In this document: piece by piece, positions 30,877-39,066 of the stretch
Position numbering within the stretch: the first letter of the stretch is position 1
Layout: every line of letters starts with the position of its first letter
DNA from: Fidelibacterota bacterium
GTDB taxonomy: Bacteria > Fidelibacterota > Marinisomatia > Marinisomatales > UBA1611
Assembly: GCA_029936885.1 (NCBI GenBank)
Contig: JAPYRR010000003.1
Coordinates: 1-51,546, forward strand
Length of the DNA stretch: 51,546 nucleotides
Reading direction: 5' to 3'
Notes under the pieces: generated by a model
Seen by the model: the letters and a program-made list of their open reading frames with translations, nothing else
What the model was told of the DNA's origin: nothing
The model's database searches: none
Position numbers and translations under genes: made by a program

Positions 30877-31944
30877 TTGCAATTTAAAAGACAATTATTT
30901 TTCTTATTATCACTTAGCCTAGCGTCCACACAACCCTATTTCTTAAAGGGCCAATTCTGGGCAAGCGGACTCACAGGAAATGACGTGCCATCGGGTCAAT
31001 CGTCTTTCGAATCAACCATTGGATATATTCCCACCATATCTTTCGCTAAGCAATTGACTAACGGCCAATTGCTAGATTTTGAATGGGCATATCGTTTAGA
31101 TCGTTCTTATTCCGGAGATTCACTTTTTTCCAACCATGAAAAGAACCATCGTCTTTGGGTTCGATATTCATCGGAAAAGTTGGAAGCGCGCCTTGGCTTG
31201 CAAAAAATTGTGTTTGGACCTTCGCAAATTTTGCGAACGCTTTCCTGGTTCGATACCATTGATTTAAAAGATCCGACGAATCAAACCGATGGTGTTGAGG
31301 CTTTTCGGCTCAAATGGTATCCAACCAATACACTTTCAATTTGGTCATGGGCGATACAAAATGATCAGGACGTATTATCCTACGGGGGAAGAACAGAATT
31401 GTCATCATCTTATGGAGAATTTGGATTTACATTTCATTCTGATCCGTCCAAAACTCCTCAGCAACTTGGTCAATTGGGAATTATAGTTTCCGAACCCCAC
31501 CAACGATTTGCATTGGATATTCGACATGACGGATTTATTGGCTCCTGGATGGAAAGTGCTATTATTACTTCAGCGAATTCTAATATTAGGATAACGACAT
31601 TTGGGGGTGATTTTACATTGCCAATTTTTAACGGAATCTTAATCATGAAAGAGGCCATGTATATCGAAAATAAAAATTCAGATAATCAATCTTTTACAGC
31701 TTTAATGGTAATGCTTCCTCTTGGGATGATTCATTCTGTTTATTACATTTCTCAATATAATCTAATTGAAAAGCTATCATATTCATATTTTCGGTGGACT
31801 GCCACTTATGATAAATTCAGTCTAAATTTACTTTTATCTCAAAGCCCAAATCGAACAGAATGTAGTTTTTCGCCAGAACATATACCAAAAACGGTTGCAG
31901 GATTTGGGACAGGAATACAATTTATATTTATTTACAATCATTAA
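30877..31944 (+). CDS. Putative outer-membrane beta-barrel protein (unknown family); TTG start in the track
   Basis: 355 aa with a signal-like N-terminus (LFFLLSLSLAS). Repeated amphipathic strand patterns (LEARLGLQKIVFG, EAFRLKWYP, LSIWSWAI, GEFGFTFHS, GTGIQFIFIY). I recognise no motif. Confidence 0.45.
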   Translation: MQFKRQLFFLLSLSLASTQPYFLKGQFWASGLTGNDVPSGQSSFESTIGYIPTISFAKQLTNGQLLDFEWAYRLDRSYSGDSLFSNHEKNHRLWVRYSSEKLEARLGLQKIVFGPSQILRTLSWFDTIDLKDPTNQTDGVEAFRLKWYPTNTLSIWSWAIQNDQDVLSYGGRTELSSSYGEFGFTFHSDPSKTPQQLGQLGIIVSEPHQRFALDIRHDGFIGSWMESAIITSANSNIRITTFGGDFTLPIFNGILIMKEAMYIENKNSDNQSFTALMVMLPLGMIHSVYYISQYNLIEKLSYSYFRWTATYDKFSLNLLLSQSPNRTECSFSPEHIPKTVAGFGTGIQFIFIYNH

Positions 31945-31993
31945 AATATGGAGTGAATCAACACAGTTGATACTTTCCTAAAAAAGGAAATTT

Positions 31994-32713
31994 ATGTCAA
32001 ATAATAATATAGTTGAAATTCAAGAGTTAATTAAACAGTTTCCTGTTGGGGGTGGTTTTTTCACTGCCTTAAAAGATATTAATTTGAAAATTGAAATCGG
32101 GGAATTCACGGGTTTGGTTGGACCCTCCGGCTCCGGAAAAACAACCCTTTTAAATATTATTGGTGGTCTTGATTCTCCCACACAAGGCAATGTGAATGTA
32201 CTTGGAATAGATTTGGGTTCTTCATCTCACAACAAAAGAGCTACTTTAAGAAAAACGAAAATGGGTTTCATTTTTCAGAGTTACAATTTGCTCCCTGTTT
32301 ATTCTGTTTTTGAAAATGTTGAATTACCACTCATCTTAAATAAAGTGAATTCGAATGAACGCAAAAAATTAGTGGAACAAGCGGTGGAATGGGTTGGACT
32401 CACAAACAAATTGAAATCTCGGCCTAATATGCTAAGTGGTGGTGAGTGTCAGCGAACAGCTATTGCTCGCGCTATCGTTCATAAACCGGCTTTGATTCTG
32501 GCAGACGAACCTACAGCCAATTTGGACGCTGAAAATTCTCATCAAATAATGAAAATAATGGTTTGTTTAAATCAAGAGTTAAACACTTCGTTCGTCTTTG
32601 CAACCCACGATGAAAAAATAATGGCTTATCTCCGACGGATTATTCATCTGGAAGACGGACAGATTGTAAAAGATGAACAAATCAAAAATCCGGAAATGGG
32701 TGAAAAAAGATAA
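31994..32713 (+). CDS. LolD/MacB-type ABC transporter ATP-binding protein
   Basis: 239 aa. Walker A GPSGSGKTT, signature LSGGECQRTAIARAI, Walker B ILADEPTANLD. Confidence 0.92.
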   Translation: MSNNNIVEIQELIKQFPVGGGFFTALKDINLKIEIGEFTGLVGPSGSGKTTLLNIIGGLDSPTQGNVNVLGIDLGSSSHNKRATLRKTKMGFIFQSYNLLPVYSVFENVELPLILNKVNSNERKKLVEQAVEWVGLTNKLKSRPNMLSGGECQRTAIARAIVHKPALILADEPTANLDAENSHQIMKIMVCLNQELNTSFVFATHDEKIMAYLRRIIHLEDGQIVKDEQIKNPEMGEKR

Positions 32714-32824
32714 CCACAAAATGAATAAAAATAAAAACACTTTCACCCTTCTTTGTAACTGGTTCGAACCTCCTAAAAGAGTTCATCCATCAACCCATTC
32801 ATCCGTTCCACCAACGATTAAATA

Positions 32825-33997
32825 ATGCTCTTTAATCTTGCCATGAAAAATCTCATCGGCGCTGGTATGCGGACCTGGTTGAATGTATTCGTAACGGCCG
32901 TCTCATTTTTTATGATCATTTTCATATCCGGGATGTATGACGGCATGCGCTCTCACGCCAAACAAGTTACGATTGATACGGAAGTGGCTGGCGGTGCTTA
33001 TTGGCATCCGAAATATGATCCTTTGGACCCCTTTTCTTATGAAGATGCCCATGGAATTCCGCCGAAAGAGATTAGGGATTTAATCAAAAATGAAAAGGCA
33101 TTTTCCATCTTGGTGAGCCAAGCGTCCATTTATCCCAACGGACGGATGATCCCCGTCATAATGAAGGGAATTGAATCAACGCAATCCATTATTAATCTGC
33201 CTACACAATCGCTCATGAAAGAAGCCGACGGTTTGATTCCTGTGCTCATGGGAAGCAGCATGGCAAATTACACAAAATTGAAAGTGGGCGATACCTTTGC
33301 CATTCGCTGGTTAGATGCAAATCGCACTTATGATGCAGACGAAGGCGTGATTGTTTATATCATGGAAACGGAAAATTTTAAAGTGGATATGGGCACCATT
33401 TGGATTCCGCTCGCCCGTGCGCAAACCATGTTGGATATGAAAAATGAAGCCACGTATATCACATTTGCCAAAAATATTTCCACCGTTCAAGAAAATGAAA
33501 ATTGGATTTACCGAGATGTAAATTATTTAATGCGGGACATGGAAGCCATGATTGCAGCCGACGAACCCAATGCAAGAATAATGTATGCAATCCTTTTAGC
33601 ATTGGCCGGCATGGGAATTTTCAATTCGCAAATATTGTCTATTTTTAGAAGACGGAAAGAGATTGGTACACTTATGGCTATAGGAATGACGCGATCTCGC
33701 GTGGTTGGTTTATTCACTTTAGAAGGAGGAATGAATGCATTATTTGCATTGATCATGACCTTGATTTTGGGCGGACCTGTTTTTATTTATTTTGCCACGT
33801 ATGGGATTCCCTTGCCAATTGATTATACAGAGATGGGACTCATTATGGCGAAAAGACTTATCCCCGTTTACACCATGGGACTTTTCGTTTCTACCACATT
33901 ATTTATTTCATTTGTCGTTTTAGTTTTGAGTTATTTGCCATCGCGGCGCATCGCAAAAATGAAGCCAACAGATGCACTTCGGGGCAAGGTGAATTGA
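32825..33997 (+). CDS. LolC/E-like FtsX-family ABC permease
   Basis: 390 aa. N-terminal TM, large periplasmic loop, FtsX C-terminal bundle (EIGTLMAIGMTRSRVVGLFTLEG). Confidence 0.85.
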   Translation: MLFNLAMKNLIGAGMRTWLNVFVTAVSFFMIIFISGMYDGMRSHAKQVTIDTEVAGGAYWHPKYDPLDPFSYEDAHGIPPKEIRDLIKNEKAFSILVSQASIYPNGRMIPVIMKGIESTQSIINLPTQSLMKEADGLIPVLMGSSMANYTKLKVGDTFAIRWLDANRTYDADEGVIVYIMETENFKVDMGTIWIPLARAQTMLDMKNEATYITFAKNISTVQENENWIYRDVNYLMRDMEAMIAADEPNARIMYAILLALAGMGIFNSQILSIFRRRKEIGTLMAIGMTRSRVVGLFTLEGGMNALFALIMTLILGGPVFIYFATYGIPLPIDYTEMGLIMAKRLIPVYTMGLFVSTTLFISFVVLVLSYLPSRRIAKMKPTDALRGKVN

Positions 33998-34162
33998 TGT
34001 TTCAGCGACAGGTGAATATAATATGTTCCTAATTTCTCCTTGGTTAATTAACCCCACTTTAATTCTCCCCTATTACAGGAGAAACATCGGCCTGCTCCCG
34101 AATCACCAATTGGCGAAGAAAGGCTGGCAGGCAAAAGGGTCAAAAAAATACGGAAATCAATC

Positions 34163-35446
34163 ATGCTGAAATTCATTCTAAAAGGCATTCTTCGAGATCG
34201 TTCACGAAGTTTATTTCCCATCATTGTTGTGGCACTCATTGTGGCGCTTGTGATTTTTAACCGAGGATTTCTTGTAGGAACCATGAACGGAATGTTTCGG
34301 GATACGGCTGTGATTTCGTCAGGCCATGTAAAGATTATGACTCACTCTTACCAGGAAGAGAGTCAACTTATGCCCAACGATCTTGCACTTATGAATGTGG
34401 GTGAGATTACCGAGATATTGGGTTTGAAATATTCTGATTATTTTTGGTCACCGCGCATATCGTTTGCAGGATTGTTGGACCTCCCCGATGAACAGGGAGA
34501 AACGAAATCCCAGGGACCGGTTATGGCAATCGGTATTGATTTTTTATCATCTGAATCACGGCAATTTGAATTATGGGAATTAGAAAAACGGATTGATTCA
34601 GGACATATGATTAAAAACGCAAATGATGCTTTGGTGGGAGCGAAATTAGCAGAAAAGCTTGGACTTTCTCTCGGGGATCAGGTCACTTATATTGGCACAA
34701 CTATGAATAATGCATTTACCACATTTAATTTTACAGTGGTGGGCACATTCAATCTTGGTATGGGCCCCCTAGATAAACAAATGATGTTGGTGGATATTGA
34801 AGGGGCGCGCATGGCCTTGGATATGAATGATGCAGCGTCAGAAATTCTCGGTTTTAAACATGATTTATATTATGACGATGATGCGGCTGTCGCAATACGA
34901 AATCAATTTAATGCTGTCCATTCCGACGCTTCAGACATTTTTCGCTCGAGCATGATTGCACTTCGAGACGCGAATCAAATGGGCGCCATGATCGATCTAG
35001 TGGATTGGTCGACTTTTATCATTCTGGGAATTTTTCTTTTGATTGCCATGATAGTTTTGTGGAATATGGGCATCATGAGCGGACTTCGACGATACGGTGA
35101 AATGGGAATTCGTCTTGCCATGGGCGAAACAAAAGGACAAGTGTATCGGTCGCTTATTTTGGAATCTGTCATTATCGGCACGATTGGCACCATCATTGGG
35201 ACGCTTATTGGTTTACCCCTGACATATTACGTCCAGGAAGTGGGTATCGATTATTCTGCTGCGTTTGAAAACCTAAATTCATCGTCTTTGATTATGTCAA
35301 GCGTATTTTATACAAAAGTGACACCAGACCTATATTATATTGGTTTTATTCCCGGTGTATTGGCAACAGTTTTTGGCACCATGCTGGCAGGACGGGCGAT
35401 TTACAAACGTGAAATGGCGCAGCTTTTTAAGGAACTTGAGACGTAA
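34163..35446 (+). CDS. LolC/E-like FtsX-family ABC permease (second, divergent copy)
   Basis: 427 aa. MLKFILKGILRDRSRSLFPIIVV N-terminus, large periplasmic loop, FtsX bundle (EMGIRLAMGETKGQVYRSLILES). Confidence 0.85.
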   Translation: MLKFILKGILRDRSRSLFPIIVVALIVALVIFNRGFLVGTMNGMFRDTAVISSGHVKIMTHSYQEESQLMPNDLALMNVGEITEILGLKYSDYFWSPRISFAGLLDLPDEQGETKSQGPVMAIGIDFLSSESRQFELWELEKRIDSGHMIKNANDALVGAKLAEKLGLSLGDQVTYIGTTMNNAFTTFNFTVVGTFNLGMGPLDKQMMLVDIEGARMALDMNDAASEILGFKHDLYYDDDAAVAIRNQFNAVHSDASDIFRSSMIALRDANQMGAMIDLVDWSTFIILGIFLLIAMIVLWNMGIMSGLRRYGEMGIRLAMGETKGQVYRSLILESVIIGTIGTIIGTLIGLPLTYYVQEVGIDYSAAFENLNSSSLIMSSVFYTKVTPDLYYIGFIPGVLATVFGTMLAGRAIYKREMAQLFKELET

Positions 35447-35511
35447 ACAATAATTATGTAAATCGTAATTATTAAAGATGGAAGGAATTATCCAAAAAAG
35501 AAATATATATT

Positions 35512-35652
35512 CAACACCTACGGCGTTGTGCTATTTCTCTTATTTTTTCTATAAATATTTGACTCCTACGGAGTCCAGTTCTTTCATGAATCCCGTAGGG
35601 ATTACATATTTATAGAAAAAATTGAAAAGGAAACCGAACCCCATCGGGGTTC
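35512..35652. repeat. Array of four short GC-clamped hairpins with 3-nt loops in the 240-bp spacer
   Basis: Read directly. CAACACC-TAC-GGCGTTG (35512-35528; one A.C mismatch on +, G.U on -). GACTCC-TAC-GGAGTC (35561-35575). AATCCC-GTA-GGGATT (35589-35603). GAACCCC-ATC-GGGGTTC (35636-35652). Confidence 0.75.
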
Positions 35653-35686
35653 TATATTGTATTGAAATTTGGAAAAGGAATAAAAA

Positions 35687-36421
35687 ATGAGACACATTAT
35701 TTTAATATTATTATTTTCATTTATCTTCGGGCAAAACGAAATGACCGTTGGAGAGATCATCCAAGCAATGGACGATAATCTGAATGCAAAGAGTCGAGTT
35801 TTGAGAAGCAAAATGGTGGTTCATGGAAGGCGAGCGAGCCGAACGATTGAATCCCGGAATTGGGTGGTGGGGACGGATCTAGCCTTTACGGAATATTTAT
35901 CTCCCCCTAGAGAAGCGGGCACAAAAATGCTAAAACTCGGTAATAAACTTTGGACCTATTCTCCACAAACTGATCGCGTGATTCAAATCTCTGGACACAT
36001 GCTTCGCCAATCCGTTATGGGATCAGATATGTCTTACAAAGACATGATGGAAGATGAATCACTCACAGATCTTTATTCTGCGACTTTAGAAGGATCCGTA
36101 AAAATAGATGGCCGAAACCATTGGATAATTGTCATGGACGCCAAGAAGAAAGGCTTATCCTATCCCAAACGGCGAGCGTGGATTGATAAAGAATATCTTC
36201 TTCCCGTGAAAGAAGAACTCTATGCCAAGAGCGGGAAATTGTTAAAAACATCCACTATGGATGGAATTAAAAAAATACAGGGACGCTGGTTCCCGTCACG
36301 CTTCATTTTTAAGGACGAACTGAAAAGAAATAGTAATGGAACGGAATGGATTATTGAAGAAATTGAATTTGATGTGGCAATCCCTGATTCAAGATTTTCA
36401 AAAGCTATGTTGAGGAAATAA
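35687..36421 (+). CDS. LolA_like outer-membrane lipoprotein-sorting family protein
   Basis: 244 aa with a signal peptide. Pattern EYLSPPREAGTKMLKLGNKLWTYSPQTDRVIQISGHMLRQSVMGSDMSYKDM...RAWIDKEYLLPVKEELYAKSGKLLK matches the LolA_like family commonly found next to FtsX-type ABC systems. Confidence 0.8.
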   Translation: MRHIILILLFSFIFGQNEMTVGEIIQAMDDNLNAKSRVLRSKMVVHGRRASRTIESRNWVVGTDLAFTEYLSPPREAGTKMLKLGNKLWTYSPQTDRVIQISGHMLRQSVMGSDMSYKDMMEDESLTDLYSATLEGSVKIDGRNHWIIVMDAKKKGLSYPKRRAWIDKEYLLPVKEELYAKSGKLLKTSTMDGIKKIQGRWFPSRFIFKDELKRNSNGTEWIIEEIEFDVAIPDSRFSKAMLRK

Positions 36422-36493
36422 ATCAAACATAAAGGATAGGGAGATCACAAAGAGTAAAATCTTGGAACCCTTTGCGATCCTTGTGTTTAATAT

Positions 36494-37906
36494 TTATTTC
36501 TCAAATAAAAGAACCGTTTCAATATGCGGCGTATGTGGAAACATATCTACCATGACTGCCGATTTGATTTCATACCCTTTCTCCGCCAACACTTTTGCAT
36601 CTCTCGCTTGGGTTGTGGGATTACACGAAATATATACAATCTTTTTCGCCTTGAATTTGTGTAAATAGTTGGTCATATCGGGATGCATTCCTGCTCGTGG
36701 CGGATCCACAATAACCACATCCGGTTTTGGAATTTTCCTAGGCAATTGTCTCGTTTTAAAAAAGGTATCCAGATTGGCTTTTAAAAATTGGGCATTGGTG
36801 ATTCCATTTCGTTCTGCATTTTTTTCTGCATCTTCCAAGGCGGATCGAATCACTTCAAATCCATACACTTCTTTCGCTTGTTTCGATAGATAAAGCCCAA
36901 TGGTTCCCGTGCCACAATAAAGATCAAATACAATTTCTTCACCTGTTAATCCAGCGGCTTTTTTAGCTTCGTCGTAAAGGCGTTCACCCTGGATCGTATT
37001 GGTTTGGAAAAATGAGTTTGCAGAGATTTCAAAGGTTAAATCTCCCAATTTTTCTTGAATAAAGGGTTCCCCAAAAACCAATGTTTCAAATTCGCCAAAA
37101 GCCACATCCGCTTTTCGGGTGTTTACATTATTCACCATGGACGTAATCTCCGGAACTTGTTCCAACAGCGCATCGATAAGGGGAGATAATTTATTCAAAT
37201 CATCATAAGCTGTAACAAGATTTACCATAATCTGATTTGTGTTCACGCCAAAACGAAGCATCAAAAATCGTAAAAATCCAATATGCGTTTTCGGATCGTA
37301 AGGTTTTAAATCGGGATGAGCCAAACAAACTTCTCTCGCCACTTTCATAATTTTATTGCCTATGGTTGGCTGAATATGACACTCTTTAATATCTAATATT
37401 TTATCATACCTTCCAGGAATATGAAGCCCCACCGCAAACGATTTATCCACGCCTTCCGGCTCTGTATCTAAGACCCAGCGATGGGGTGAAAATGTGAATT
37501 CCATTTTATTTCGATAATTAAATATTGGATCAGCACCGATGGTATCATCAAGTTTAAAATCTAAAAAGCCACCCAATCTGCGAAACGCATCTTCTACTTG
37601 GTTTGACTTCTCTTTCAATTGTTCTTCATAAGATAAATTTTGAAATTTGCAACCGCCACAGGTTCCAAAATGTATGCATGGCGCTTCCACAGCATGGGGT
37701 GATTCTGTTAAAATTTGCTGTACTCTTGCCTCGGCGTATCCCTTTTTCTTTTTATAAATACGGGCAATTACTTTTTGTCCTGGAATTCCACCTTTTACAA
37801 AAATGACAAAATCATCTTTGCGGGCTAATCCCATACCACCATAAGCTAAAGATTCTATTTGGAGTTCTAACTCAACCCCACGTTTTATTTTATTTGGTTC
37901 ATTCAT
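36494..37906 (-). CDS. rlmD: 23S rRNA (uracil-C5)-methyltransferase RlmD/RumA family
   Basis: TRAM domain, Fe-S Cys cluster (CIHFGTCGGCKFQ), SAM motif DLYCGTGTIG, catalytic Cys in ISCNP. The track ORF begins at a TTG (37918); I prefer ATG 37906 (MNEPNKIKRG). Confidence 0.85.
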   Translation of the reverse strand: MNEPNKIKRGVELELQIESLAYGGMGLARKDDFVIFVKGGIPGQKVIARIYKKKKGYAEARVQQILTESPHAVEAPCIHFGTCGGCKFQNLSYEEQLKEKSNQVEDAFRRLGGFLDFKLDDTIGADPIFNYRNKMEFTFSPHRWVLDTEPEGVDKSFAVGLHIPGRYDKILDIKECHIQPTIGNKIMKVAREVCLAHPDLKPYDPKTHIGFLRFLMLRFGVNTNQIMVNLVTAYDDLNKLSPLIDALLEQVPEITSMVNNVNTRKADVAFGEFETLVFGEPFIQEKLGDLTFEISANSFFQTNTIQGERLYDEAKKAAGLTGEEIVFDLYCGTGTIGLYLSKQAKEVYGFEVIRSALEDAEKNAERNGITNAQFLKANLDTFFKTRQLPRKIPKPDVVIVDPPRAGMHPDMTNYLHKFKAKKIVYISCNPTTQARDAKVLAEKGYEIKSAVMVDMFPHTPHIETVLLFEK

Positions 37907-38015
37907 TTTCTTGTCCAATTTTTTAAGCGCAGACCAATATCATAGGCTTTTTCATTTTCGCCAATTCCATACATATATTCAAGATCAATATTTTTTGCAT
38001 GACCATTTTTCCGAT

Positions 38016-39059
38016 TCAGACCATACCCAATGTGATTATATCCTGTTCGATTCTTTTCAATTTGTAAGGGCGGAATTTATTGAATGGATCTTTGTTTATT
38101 TGCTGAATATTTAATTGATCTAATCGATCAGGAAATTGGCCATTCTCCTTTTTAAATATCCGACATTTCAATCCTATTAATGCAATATCCCAAATAGATT
38201 GGTTTGTATAAAAACTTGTAATGTAATTTTGATAAATTTCTGACGATATTCTTGTAAGGATCAAGGAGACTCCTTTAGAACTCTGCTTTGCTAATCTTGT
38301 TATATATTTTTCATTCAACACAGACGCTAACGAGTCCACTTCTGCATCCGATAAGCCATATTTCTTTTTTATTATTTCATGAATATCTTTTTCTTGGTCA
38401 GTTTTATACATTTTTGTATGAGGAATCGTAATTTTTTCATGAATCAACATTTCATTCTCAGTTAGATGATTTAAATAACTAAGAAAGCCTTTTTGATTTT
38501 CTCTAGTATTCATTGAAAGTTTGAATACTTTTTTTAATGTTTCTTTAGAAAAAGATGGATTTAATTGTATTTCAAATAACAATCTTGACAATTGTTTTAT
38601 GATAGTCACATTTATAAAAATAGATATAATATCAGAATCACTCATTAAATCTATTTGCAAAATAAGTTGGTTAAATTGTTCAACAGATTTAAGCAATAAT
38701 GGCTCATCTTTTTTCTGCAGAGAAAAAATTCCACGTATAAATAATAAATCCCCAATTTTATTTAGGTTCATGGGAATGTTGGGTAACCAAATTTCGTCAT
38801 CTTCCCTTTCGGGAAATTCCATAATCCGTGCATGTGTACCAGAATCAATAAGGGCAAAGTTTAGTTTTTCTGATTCTATAAATTGTATTAAATCTGGATG
38901 ATCTGAATCATAAACACCCTTTTCAAGCGAATCAACTATCCAATAAGTATTAACCGAATCAAGATTATCCAAAACTTGACTATAATAATCAGCGGCATTG
39001 TCTGTTTGAGATTGAGCCAAACAGACAAAACTCATCAAAATTAATAGAGCCTTTTTCAT
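38016..39059 (-). CDS. Secreted hypothetical protein (no recognisable family)
   Basis: 347 aa. Signal peptide MKKALLILMSFVCLAQSQ. The remainder looks mostly helical and Lys/Ile/Leu-rich. I recognise no motifs. Confidence 0.6.
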   Translation of the reverse strand: MKKALLILMSFVCLAQSQTDNAADYYSQVLDNLDSVNTYWIVDSLEKGVYDSDHPDLIQFIESEKLNFALIDSGTHARIMEFPEREDDEIWLPNIPMNLNKIGDLLFIRGIFSLQKKDEPLLLKSVEQFNQLILQIDLMSDSDIISIFINVTIIKQLSRLLFEIQLNPSFSKETLKKVFKLSMNTRENQKGFLSYLNHLTENEMLIHEKITIPHTKMYKTDQEKDIHEIIKKKYGLSDAEVDSLASVLNEKYITRLAKQSSKGVSLILTRISSEIYQNYITSFYTNQSIWDIALIGLKCRIFKKENGQFPDRLDQLNIQQINKDPFNKFRPYKLKRIEQDIITLGMV

Positions 39060-39066
39060 GGCTGGA

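Noticed and set aside
34048-34284. 78-aa - strand ORF over the permease-2 start
   Set aside because: It overlaps a well-supported FtsX permease N-terminus in antisense. Its composition (Met/Arg/Ser-rich) looks non-protein-like.
35602-35811. 69-aa - strand ORF over the LolA_like gene start
   Set aside because: It is antisense to the signal peptide and start of a confidently assigned gene, with no supporting features.
36443-36479. 10-bp imperfect inverted repeat (GATCACAAAG ... CTTTGCGATC) in the convergent gap between the LolA_like gene and rlmD, as a possible bidirectional terminator
   Set aside because: It has one mismatch, a 17-nt loop and no clear U-tract on either strand. This is plausible but too weak to call.
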